This document shows positions 38,905 through 47,900 of a stretch of DNA of 64,000 bases, piece by piece (the stretch's first letter is position 1; each line of letters starts with the position of its first letter). Made by a program: the position numbers and the translations under genes. The DNA comes from an uncultured Candidatus Saccharibacteria bacterium (lineage in GTDB: Bacteria > Patescibacteriota > Minisyncoccia > Phycocordibacterales > CAIZLB01). The DNA lies in assembly GCA_964467385.1 (NCBI GenBank), contig CAYXQC010000001.1, positions 71,896 to 135,895 of the forward strand. The letters run 5' to 3'. Below the pieces are notes generated by a model, which saw only the letters and a program-made list of their open reading frames with translations, did no database searches and was not told the DNA's origin.

Positions 38905-39306
38905 ATGCGCGAATTTCAAGAAAAAAGAATTACAAAAAAAAGGATTTATTCTCGATGGGCTATTCTTACTCTATTGCTCTTATTTTCCATCTCTATAAAA
39001 GGCATGATAGGTGCATATTCAAAAGTAGAGGAGAGCCGGGCTGAAGTTGAGCGTGTTCAGAAAGCAAAAAACGATTTACAGAAAAGATATGAGGTTATAA
39101 ATAGTCAGAGTGATCTTTTGAAGAGTGATATTGGTGTTGAGACTGAGATTCGGAGCAAATTTGATGTGGTAAAAGAAGGTGAAGGAGTGATTGTGGTGGT
39201 AGAGAAAGATATACCTGCGATTCAGGAAGATAAACGAGGTGTTCTAAGAAAGTTCTGGGACGGTGTTAAGGGTAGTGTGAGAGGGGTTTTCAGTCCGGCT
39301 ATTTAG
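38905..39306 (+). CDS. FtsB/DivIC-like septum formation initiator
   Basis: Basic N-terminus, TM, coiled coil and E.EIRSKFDVVKEGEGVIV motif. ATG 38905. Confidence 0.7.
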   Translation: MREFQEKRITKKRIYSRWAILTLLLLFSISIKGMIGAYSKVEESRAEVERVQKAKNDLQKRYEVINSQSDLLKSDIGVETEIRSKFDVVKEGEGVIVVVEKDIPAIQEDKRGVLRKFWDGVKGSVRGVFSPAI

Positions 39307-39322
39307 GGTATAATGATCAATT

Positions 39323-39595
39323 ATGACTATAAAAATATACAGCACGCCAGCTTGTACGTATTGCAAAATGGCCAAGGATTTTCTAACGAGCCACAATGTT
39401 CCTTTTGTGGATGTTGATGTTTCAGCAGATCCAAAGGAGCGGGAGGAGATGGTGGAAAAAAGTGGCCAGCTCGGGGTGCCCGTATTCGATATCGATGGAC
39501 AGATTATGGTAGGTTACAACGAACAACTTCTTACAAAAGTTGTAGGTATTGGTCAGCCAAAGGTTGAAGCTAAAGTTGAAGCAACAGAAGCATAA
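39323..39595 (+). CDS. Glutaredoxin-like (NrdH/YruB family) protein
   Basis: [17 protein letters not shown] and SGQLGVPV. Confidence 0.92.
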   Translation: MTIKIYSTPACTYCKMAKDFLTSHNVPFVDVDVSADPKEREEMVEKSGQLGVPVFDIDGQIMVGYNEQLLTKVVGIGQPKVEAKVEATEA

Positions 39596-39614
39596 GTTGA
39601 ATCAGAAGAAATAT

Positions 39615-40028
39615 ATGAATAAATTACACATAACAATTATTGTAATAATCGGGCTTCTTATTGGAGCGACTGCGATTTATTACGGAAAACCAATTATGAA
39701 CGACACAAACTCACAGATGACAACGGAAAACGGCGATACAGTATACGTACATTACACAGGTAAACTCACTGATGGTACAAAATTCGACAGCTCACTCGAT
39801 CGAGGTCAGCCATTTGGATTTGTCCTCGGAGCGGGTATGGTGATCAAGGGTTGGGATGAAGGCGTACTTGGTATGTCGAAAGGTGAGAAGAAGACACTTA
39901 CAATCGCACCAGAAAAAGGGTACGGTGCAGCAGGTGTACCAAATGGACAGGGTGGATATATCATCCCTCCGAACTCGACTCTTGTATTCGATGTAGAAGT
40001 TGTTGATATTAAGAAAGCGGTGAATTAG
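39615..40028 (+). CDS. FKBP-type peptidyl-prolyl isomerase, membrane-anchored
   Basis: [31 protein letters not shown] and [12 protein letters not shown]. Confidence 0.95.
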   Translation: MNKLHITIIVIIGLLIGATAIYYGKPIMNDTNSQMTTENGDTVYVHYTGKLTDGTKFDSSLDRGQPFGFVLGAGMVIKGWDEGVLGMSKGEKKTLTIAPEKGYGAAGVPNGQGGYIIPPNSTLVFDVEVVDIKKAVN

Positions 40029-40133
40029 TTTTTTTGGTAAAAAATATCAAAAGATAAAATGCTGTACTTCGTTACGGCATTTTGTTTTGTAAAATGAGCG
40101 CAGATGTATTACTCTAGTTGGGCAGTACAAAAT

Positions 40134-40205
40134 GCCCTTGTAGTTCAATGGATAGAACTAGCCCGTCCTAAGGGTTCGATGTCGGTTCGATTCCGGCCGA
40201 GGGCA
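40134..40205 (+). tRNA. tRNA-Arg(CCU)
   Basis: Cloverleaf: acceptor GCCCTTG/CGAGGGC, D-stem GTTC/GAAC with A20, anticodon loop GT-CCT-AA, T-loop TTCGATT. CCA not fully encoded. Confidence 0.92.
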
Positions 40206-40375
40206 CCTGACAAAAAAGACCGCACTGTTTTGATTTTTTAGTGCAAAAAGAGGAGGGGCAGGCCTGTGCTGTATTCTTCTGGTAGGAAAAATAGGCGCGT
40301 GAAGTTTACGAAAATTTATGAGCTAGCAAGGAAATTATCTGTGGGCACCGACGCTAGTGTGTTATCATATTAAAA

Positions 40376-41317
40376 ATGACCTCTCATTCACGTATCATTA
40401 AGATCGATCCTCAAAAAGAATATGCACTCATTGATAGTGGTGATGGTATGAAGCTTGAGCGATATGGAAATGTAAAAGTTGTACGGCCTGATCCACAGGC
40501 TCTTTGGAGAAAAAGTCTGTCAGAAAAAGATTGGAAAAATGTTGATGCATATTTTACGAACGATAAGGATGAAACTGAAAAAGGGAAGTGGATTTTCACT
40601 CGACCAAACCTCGAAGAATCTTGGCCAATTCACTTCGGCGATTTGGTTATGAATATAAAATTAACCCCTTTTAAACACACAGGACTCTTTCCAGAACAAA
40701 TCGCTAATTGGTTGTGGTGTAGAGACTTGATAAAAAAGCGAGTGGAAAATACTGCCTCGAATCGTGTATCAAATACTGCACAAAACACATCTTCAAAACC
40801 AACCGTGCTCAACCTTTTTGGTTACACTGGAGGAGCATCACTCTCGGCAGCTCTCGGTGGTGCAGATGTAACACATGTTGATGCATCGCGGAGTGCCATC
40901 ACTTGGGCAAATGAAAATGCAAAATCATCAGATCTTTCAGAGGCGACTATTAGATGGATTCTCGATGATGCATTTGCATTTGTACGACGTGAAATCCGTC
41001 GTGGTAAAAAATACGATGCTATCATCATGGATCCTCCAGCCTTTGGCCGTGGCGCTAAAGGTGAGATCTGGAAGATTGAGGAACACTTTTTAGAATTTTT
41101 TGAAGATTGTTTGAAACTTCTCTCAGGTACGCCACTTTTCGTTGTTGTAAATGGATATGCTGCTGGATATTCTGCCATTGCATATGAAAATAATCTCAGA
41201 CAACTTGTTGAAAAGTTTGGTGGTGAAATAGAAAGTGGGGAACTGGCTATCTGTGAAGAAGGTCCGAAGAAAAGGCTTTTACCTTGTGGGATTGTATCGC
41301 GTTGGGCTTTAAAATAA
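40376..41317 (+). CDS. Class I SAM-dependent methyltransferase (RlmI/RlmK-like)
   Basis: YALIDSGDGMKLERYG, FKHTGLFPEQ, VLNLFGYTGG and IIMDPPAFGRG. Confidence 0.9.
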   Translation: MTSHSRIIKIDPQKEYALIDSGDGMKLERYGNVKVVRPDPQALWRKSLSEKDWKNVDAYFTNDKDETEKGKWIFTRPNLEESWPIHFGDLVMNIKLTPFKHTGLFPEQIANWLWCRDLIKKRVENTASNRVSNTAQNTSSKPTVLNLFGYTGGASLSAALGGADVTHVDASRSAITWANENAKSSDLSEATIRWILDDAFAFVRREIRRGKKYDAIIMDPPAFGRGAKGEIWKIEEHFLEFFEDCLKLLSGTPLFVVVNGYAAGYSAIAYENNLRQLVEKFGGEIESGELAICEEGPKKRLLPCGIVSRWALK

Positions 41318-41371
41318 TTAATCTTGAATTCGTGTCATCTCGGTATCTTTTTGTGTTAAAATATAATATAT

Positions 41372-41731
41372 ATGGCCGAACAAACCACAAACGATATTGA
41401 CCATCTGGAAGAAGAGGTAACGGATCTCCATGAAAAAATAGACGAACTTACTACACTTGCTGAGGAAAACAATCGCATGGTCAAAAATCTGTATCAACGG
41501 GCACGAATGGCAACGGTTGTTATCTTCATAAAATGGTTTGTGATTATTGGTCTCACAGTAGGATCGCTCTATTTTATTCAACCGTATCTTGAGGCTGTGT
41601 CTGGTGTATATAGTGGAATCAGCAATTTTGGTGGCTTTGGAAATAAAACCCAGGACACACAGAATACCGATGGCCAAGAAGGTAAAGGTGCACTAGACAA
41701 CATCAAGGACTTGTTCAATCTTATTAAATAG
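41372..41731 (+). CDS. Hypothetical single-pass membrane protein with N-terminal coiled coil
   Basis: Clean ORF, EENNRMVK motif before the TM segment, -10 box just upstream. Confidence 0.75.
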   Translation: MAEQTTNDIDHLEEEVTDLHEKIDELTTLAEENNRMVKNLYQRARMATVVIFIKWFVIIGLTVGSLYFIQPYLEAVSGVYSGISNFGGFGNKTQDTQNTDGQEGKGALDNIKDLFNLIK

Positions 41732-41794
41732 ATATAATCGATAGACCTGCTTTATATGCCGGTTTGGTAGAAACATGGTACATATATTGCAAAT

Positions 41795-41867
41795 GCCGAG
41801 GTAGCTCAGTTGGTAGAGCATTTCCCTGAAGAGGAAGGGGTCGCCGGTTCGAGCCCGGCCCTCGGCA
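41795..41867 (+). tRNA. tRNA-Phe(GAA)
   Basis: Acceptor GCCGAGG/CCTCGGC, D-arm GCTC/GAGC, anticodon loop CT-GAA-GA, T-arm GCCGG-TTCGAGC-CCGGC. Confidence 0.95.
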
Positions 41868-42122
41868 CAAAATTTAAATAGCTACGGCAACGCCGTGGCT
41901 ATTTAAATTTCTAAGTAACGAGGAGAACTGGACTGCTCCAGTTCGTGCCGGGCGAGAAAGGCTTTTCGTTATCGAATGAGCGTAGCGAAGTGAGATCGAA
42001 AAGCACCTGCCGATGTAGTCGGAGAGTCCCGGCCCTCGGCACAAAAATAAAATAAGTACAGGCGAAGCCCTGTGCTTATTTTATTTCTTAAATCTACCGA
42101 GAGGTTCTGAACTGCTTCAGAA
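41854..42122 (+). repeat. tRNA-Phe 3'-end duplication bounding a ~174-bp structured module, plus a partial second module
   Basis: CCCGGCCCTCGGCACAAAA identical at 41854-41872 and 42028-42046. Each copy is followed by a long AT-based hairpin and a CTGC-loop hairpin. Confidence 0.8.
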
Positions 42123-42205
42123 GTGAACAACCCATTGGCGTACATAAAATAATGATTGTATAATAAAGGTGCATTACAAATTCAGATATAATCATTGAAA
42201 ATAAT

Positions 42206-42529
42206 ATGAACGACAGCGATGTACAGTTTCTTGAATATATTGTTAAGTCTTTGGTGGAAAATACAGATGCAGTGAAGACAAGTCGACGAGTTGATGATAT
42301 GGGGGTTTTCATTGAGCTCACAGTCGATCCAGTTGATATGGGAAAAATTATCGGACGAAATGGTCACACAGCTCAAGCTATTCGAACTATTATGAAAGCA
42401 TTTGGTAAAAAGCATCAGGCAAATATCAGCATTCAAATCAAAGAGCCTGCTGGTGGTGCCCGACTAGCTGGCACAGAAAGTGGCGCGATGAAAAGTGTAG
42501 ACGAAGCAATTGCAGACTTGAATATATAG
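42206..42529 (+). CDS. khpA: KH-domain RNA-binding protein KhpA
   Basis: FLEYIVKSLV...VDPVDMGKIIGRNGHTAQAIRT. Confidence 0.92.
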   Translation: MNDSDVQFLEYIVKSLVENTDAVKTSRRVDDMGVFIELTVDPVDMGKIIGRNGHTAQAIRTIMKAFGKKHQANISIQIKEPAGGARLAGTESGAMKSVDEAIADLNI

Positions 42530-42603
42530 ATGATGTGAAAAAAAAGGGGGTGGTTGGTCTAGGGGTAGGTCTGACAAGGGTCTTTGCAAGAATATAATGT
42601 AAG

Positions 42604-42698
42604 TACTTTGGGTAAGCGATGGCTTATGGCAACCTCTCTCCTTAAACGAAGAGAGGAACATATAATAAAAACACTGGTTGAAGCCGGTGTTTTTATTT
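42604..42698 (+). ncRNA. Candidate small RNA with own promoter and terminator
   Basis: CTGACA-16-TATAAT at 42571-42598, two small hairpins, terminator AATAAAAACACTGGT-TGAA-GCCGGTGTTTTTATT, and no credible ORF. Confidence 0.35.
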
Positions 42699-42866
42699 AT
42701 AAAGATCTGCAAATCTATCTTTTACTTGTTCGAAATTTTCTCCACGAGACATGTGAAGAGAAGTTAAAAATATTATAAATATTTACTAAATATTAAAAAT
42801 TAAAAAGCGCCAGGTTGTAAGACCTGACGCTTTGATGGAAGTACTTGTTCGTTCGTGCTTTTTGGC

Positions 42867-43742
42867 TTATTTTTTCAAGTTTTGTTTTGCAAGAACTTTG
42901 AAGTCGTAAGCTTCGATGATGCCATTTTCGCTTGGCACGATAGAAGAAGTCGAGAAAATGTTGGCTGATTCTTTACTTGTCTCGAACGAGATAACGAGTG
43001 ATTTGTCGAGATCAGCCAAATGCTTGAGTTTGATGGCTCGTGCATATGCTGCCGTAAGCTGTTGGATAAAATCCGATTTCTTTTTATCGAAATCAAACCA
43101 CTGATTTGTGTCATCTGAAAGCGAGCCATCAAATTTGAGGATACCTTTTACCAGTGCACCATCCGCTGTTTCTGCTTCAGAAACACTGAACGAGATGTCC
43201 TGTTTTTTTCTGATGACTGTTACATCATTGACAAAACCAGAGGGAAAGATCCAGATAGATTGATTGATGAGCAAAGCTTGATTGTTGATGATCTTGGCGT
43301 ACTGGTCTTTATCGCTTCCTGTAAAGGAACCTGCAAAGTAAGTGGCCACAATCATTGGAACTGCGCATATGCAGGTGAATTGATACCGATGCATTTTTTC
43401 GAGACCTTCGAGTGGATCATCAGCTTTTTCAAGGTTTTGCAACACATTCAGTTTTAGGAATGTGAATATTCTGGAAATCGGTACTGGAAAAACAATGCTA
43501 ATCAAGAATGTGATGAAGGTTAGTGCTGCTACTTTTCCTCCACAACCACCATCGCCGAGATGTTCATTTCTTGATTCTGCAAACGCAGTCACATGTATGA
43601 CATAGATAAATGCGAAGATAAAGAATGTCAATTTTTTTGAGAGAATTCTCCACAACTTGCCGAAGAACCTGGTTAGATCCTTGGTGAGTTTCTTGATCAA
43701 GCGTGAGCCAGAATTTTCTGGCAGAACTGCTGTTGTGCTCAT
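42867..43742 (-). CDS. Orphan membrane protein (3 TM) with a possible degenerate SPFH/band-7-like C-terminal domain
   Basis: Hydrophobic segments and QDISFSVSEAETADGALVKGILKF resembling the SPFH T-x-D strand. Own terminator near 42804-42833. Confidence 0.6.
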   Translation of the reverse strand: MSTTAVLPENSGSRLIKKLTKDLTRFFGKLWRILSKKLTFFIFAFIYVIHVTAFAESRNEHLGDGGCGGKVAALTFITFLISIVFPVPISRIFTFLKLNVLQNLEKADDPLEGLEKMHRYQFTCICAVPMIVATYFAGSFTGSDKDQYAKIINNQALLINQSIWIFPSGFVNDVTVIRKKQDISFSVSEAETADGALVKGILKFDGSLSDDTNQWFDFDKKKSDFIQQLTAAYARAIKLKHLADLDKSLVISFETSKESANIFSTSSIVPSENGIIEAYDFKVLAKQNLKK

Positions 43743-43890
43743 GCGAGTATATATATTTCTATTTGTTGATGTGAGGGTGATCGAGTCCGACTGCGGACAT
43801 GAGTCATGACTAAACTAAAAAACTAGACACATTTAACTAATCTTTTGTCATGCTGTCAAATCTGCCCACTTTGTGTTATCTTTATTTCTA

Positions 43891-44601
43891 ATGAAAAAGG
43901 CAGCACACAAATCTCTTTCGTTTCATGTTATTACACTCTTTCCAGAGTCTCTTTCGTCGTACCTGAACGAATCAATTATTGCGCGTGCGCAAAAAGAAAA
44001 ACTGATTAAGGTGTACACATACAATCCGCGGGATTTTGTAAAACCAACCAAGGCTCAAGCTAAAAATGAGAAGCCATATCTTCGAGTGGATGACAAACCT
44101 TATGGTGGCGGCCCTGGTATGGTAATTCAGGCGGAGCCAATACTCAAAGCTACAGAAAAAGCCGTCAGCACTGCTAATAAGAATGCTGTGAAAAAACCTA
44201 AAACACTTATCCTTTTTCTCTCACCGAGCGGTGAACAGTTTACAACTGAAACAGCTACTGACTTTGCGGCGACCTACACAGACATAGTGATCGTTTGTGG
44301 ACGCTATGAAGGAATTGATGCTCGTATAAAAGAAGTTTTCAAAATGCGAGATATTACTGTTGGTCCATTTGTAACAACAGGTGGCGAGTTGCCGGCTATG
44401 CTTATTATTGATGTCACGGCGCGGCAGATTGAAGGAGTCCTAGGAAAATTTGAAAGCAGGGAAGAGTCGCGTATTAGCTCAAGCGATGTATATACTCGTC
44501 CTGAAGTTTTGGTTTATCGTGGCAAAAAGTATAAAGTACCCGAGGTGCTTCTGTCAGGGGATCATAAAAAGATTGATGAATGGCGGTTGGGTGGAAAGTA
44601 G
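43891..44601 (+). CDS. trmD: tRNA (guanine37-N1)-methyltransferase
   Basis: VDDKPYGGGPGMV, LSPSG, CGRYEGIDAR, GGELPA, YTRPE and VPEVLLSGDH. ATG 43891. Confidence 0.97.
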   Translation: MKKAAHKSLSFHVITLFPESLSSYLNESIIARAQKEKLIKVYTYNPRDFVKPTKAQAKNEKPYLRVDDKPYGGGPGMVIQAEPILKATEKAVSTANKNAVKKPKTLILFLSPSGEQFTTETATDFAATYTDIVIVCGRYEGIDARIKEVFKMRDITVGPFVTTGGELPAMLIIDVTARQIEGVLGKFESREESRISSSDVYTRPEVLVYRGKKYKVPEVLLSGDHKKIDEWRLGGK

Positions 44602-44747
44602 ATAGGACTGAAAAATTATTGAGATATAAAACAAACTCATCCCTAATACCCACCTTGACAGGGCATGTCAACAACACTATTCACAAGCTTAAAATACTCC
44701 TAGAAACAGTCCTTTTATAAAATCCACACCCTGTCAACATTGACTCG

Positions 44748-44776
44748 TTGACACCTGTGGATAAATCGTTTAATAT
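44748..44776 (+). promoter_or_regulatory. rpoB promoter with a consensus DnaA box in the spacer
   Basis: TTGACA (44748) -17- TAATAT (44771). TGTGGATAA at 44756-44764 is the reverse complement of TTATCCACA. Confidence 0.65.
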
Positions 44777-44993
44777 AAAGATCCTGTGTAAGACGATTGA
44801 GTTTTGACCGGCTCTTCGCAGACCTCCTTATTCTATTCATGTTTTTCGCCTTCTTATTTTAAACACACACCTTCAGATCAATATTGGGTCAACAATGTTA
44901 CTGGGGGTGTTTGTTTAATATATGTATCGCGTCGAATTTTAAAAGAAAACGGGAACCTTTATACATACATATACATAACGCACACTCATACCA

Positions 44994-47900
44994 ATGACGC
45001 GCCAGAAAAAATATTTCTCACGATTCAAGGAACCGCTCGCACCGCTTCCTAATCTCGTAGAAGGACAGCTCGAATCCTACAAGTGGCTTCTCGAAAAGGG
45101 CCTCAAAGATGTATTCGACGAATTTGTTTCGATTAAAGATTATTCTGACAAAAAATTCGAACTCGATTTCACAAGCTTCGAACTTACAAAGCCGAAATAC
45201 GACGAATTTTACGCGAAAGAAAATAAGATCAACTACGAAGGTGGTCTTAAGGTGATGATCAAGCTCAAGAACAAAATCCTAGGCTCAACAAAAGAGCAGG
45301 AGGTTTTTATGGCTGACTTCCCACTGATGACTGACCATGGTACTTTCATTATTAACGGTATTGAACGACTCATTGTTCCGCAGATCATTCGATCTTACGG
45401 AGCATTTTTTGTTTCTACTGAAACAAAGGGTAAAAACTACTTCGGTGCCAAGATTATCCCAGCGCGAGGTGCATGGATTGAACTTGAATCAGATGCCGAT
45501 GGTGCTATCTATGTTCGAATCGATCGAAAGCGAAAGTTCCCAGTAACATCTCTCCTTCGAGCTTTTGGCGCAGAAACTGATTCTGATATCAAAGCCCTTT
45601 TCAAAGGAAATGAAAATGCTACATCATATATTGAAACAAGTCTTGCGAAAGATCACGCTAAAACAAAAGACGAAGCGTATATTGAAATTCACAAGCGACT
45701 TCGAGACGGAGATCTTGCAACAGCAGAAAACGCTCGAGATTTCTTTGTGTCACTCATGGGTCCAGAGCGATATGACCTTTCACGAGTAGGACGATTCCGA
45801 TTCAATCAGCGATTTGAAAAAGAAATGGATGAAAAGTCACTCTCTAAGATGACGCTTTCACTCGAAGATATTGCAGCTACAATTTCAAAGATCATTGAGT
45901 TGAACCATAATCCAAATGCTATTAACGATGATATCGATCACTTGGGTTCACGACGTGTGCGATTCGTCGGTGAACTTCTTCAGCAGAAGATCCGAGTTGG
46001 TATGACTCAGATCAAGCGAAATATCCAGAACCGAATGTCGACTATCGACACCGATGCGTCACTTCCTGTGCAGTTTGTTTCTCCTCGACCTCTTCAGGCT
46101 CGAATCAAAGAATTCTTCACAACAAACCAACTCTCACAGTTCATGTCACAAGAAAACATTCTTGCTGAAATTGAACACCTTCGACGTATTTCTGCCCTCG
46201 GTCAGGGTGGTCTTACACGAGAACGAGCTGGTATTGAAGTGCGAGATGTGCACGCGTCACACTACGGCCGAATCTGTCCGATCCATACACCGGAAGGCCA
46301 GAACATTGGTCTTGTACTCCAGCTTGCAACATATGCACGGATCAACCACTTCGGTATGATCGAAACCCCTTACGCAAAAGTTAAGGACGGTAAAATTACA
46401 AAAGAAATCGTATATTTAAATGCACTCGAAGAAGAAGGCTTTAAGATTGCGCATGCAGCTACTGAATACGATGAAAAAGGTCTCATCACAGAAAAGCGAG
46501 TTGAAGTTCGACTCAAAGGTGAACCGATTATCGTAGATCGAGAAGAAATCGACTATGTTGACGTTGCCCCTGAACAGGCGTACTCAGTTTCTACTTCTAT
46601 GATTCCGTTTGTAAACCATAACGACGCCAACCGAGCGCTCATGGGTTCTAACATGCAGAAGCAGGCTACTCCTTGTATTGTTCCTGAAGCTCCACTTGTT
46701 GCTACAGGTATTGAATCAAAAGCAGCTGAAGACACAGGACGAGTAATTCTCGCTCCAGAAGACGGAACAATTGAAACTGTAGATGCTTCACGAATCGTAC
46801 TTAAAGGTGCGAAGAAGGAACATGAATACAAACTTGCAACATACAGCCGAACAAACCAGTTCACAGCTTCTCACCAACGACCAACAGTTTCTCTTGGTCA
46901 GAAAGTAAAGCGTGGCGATGTTCTTGCAGACACATCTACATCTGTAGATGGTCAGATGGCACTTGGTCAAAACTGTCTCGTGGCATTCATGACATGGTCT
47001 GGATCAAACTATGAAGATGCCATTATTCTTTCAGAACGACTTGTAAAAGATTCAAAGTTCACGACAGTTCATATTGAAGAATTTGTAATCAATGTTCGAG
47101 ATACAAAACTTGGGCCTGAAGTTACAACTCACGATATTCCAAACGTTGGTGAAGGCCGACTGAAGAATCTCGACGTTGACGGTATTGTACGAGTAGGTGC
47201 GGAAGTTCGACCTGGAGATATTCTCGTAGGTAAAATTACTCCAAAAACTGAAACTCAACTTACTCCTGAAGAACGACTTCTCCGATCTATCTTCGGTGAA
47301 AAGTCTCGAGATGTGAAAGATACATCAAAGCGACTTGAAAACGGAAAGAAAGGACGAGTGATTGGTGTGAAAATCTTTTCACGAGAAAAAGGCGACAAGC
47401 TTGATTCTGGAATCTTGAAGCGAATTCACATTGAAGTTGCAGTGCTTCGAAATGTATCAGTGGGTGACAAGCTCGCTGGACGACACGGAAACAAAGGTGT
47501 TATTTCACGAATTCTTCCTGTCGAAGATATGCCATACATGGCGGATGGAACTCCTGTGGATGTAATCCTTACTCCACTCGGTGTACCTTCACGTATGAAC
47601 CTTGGTCAAATTCTTGAACTCCACCTCGGTCTCGCTGCTCACACATTGAATTATCAGGCTATTGTGCCTCCATTTGTAGGTGCAACAGTAGATGAAGTGA
47701 AGAAAGAACTCGTAAAAGCTGGATACAATGAAAGCGGAAAGATGAAACTTTTCGATGGACGAACTGGTGAACAGTTTGCTCAGGATATTGCCGTTGGATA
47801 CATGTACATCTTGAAACTTCACCACATGGTTGATGACAAGATCCACATGCGATCTATTGGTCCTTACTCTCTCATTACGCAACAGCCGCTTGGAGGTAAA

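Noticed and set aside
41854-42046. Prophage or genomic island integrated at tRNA-Phe
   Set aside because: The duplicated ends are only 174 bp apart with no integrase or cargo. Reported instead as a mini structured module.
42099-42150. preQ1-like riboswitch (AGAGGTTCT...)
   Set aside because: The complementary P1 strand and a queuosine-related downstream gene are lacking. The sequence fits the second CTGC hairpin of the tRNA-linked module.
42584-42778. 64-aa ORF after khpA
   Set aside because: It has a TTG start inside the predicted promoter and runs through a strong terminator.
44620-44990. oriC at the DnaA boxes upstream of rpoB
   Set aside because: Only one perfect box is present, there is no dnaA/dnaN nearby and no clear unwinding element. 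A promoter site explains it better.
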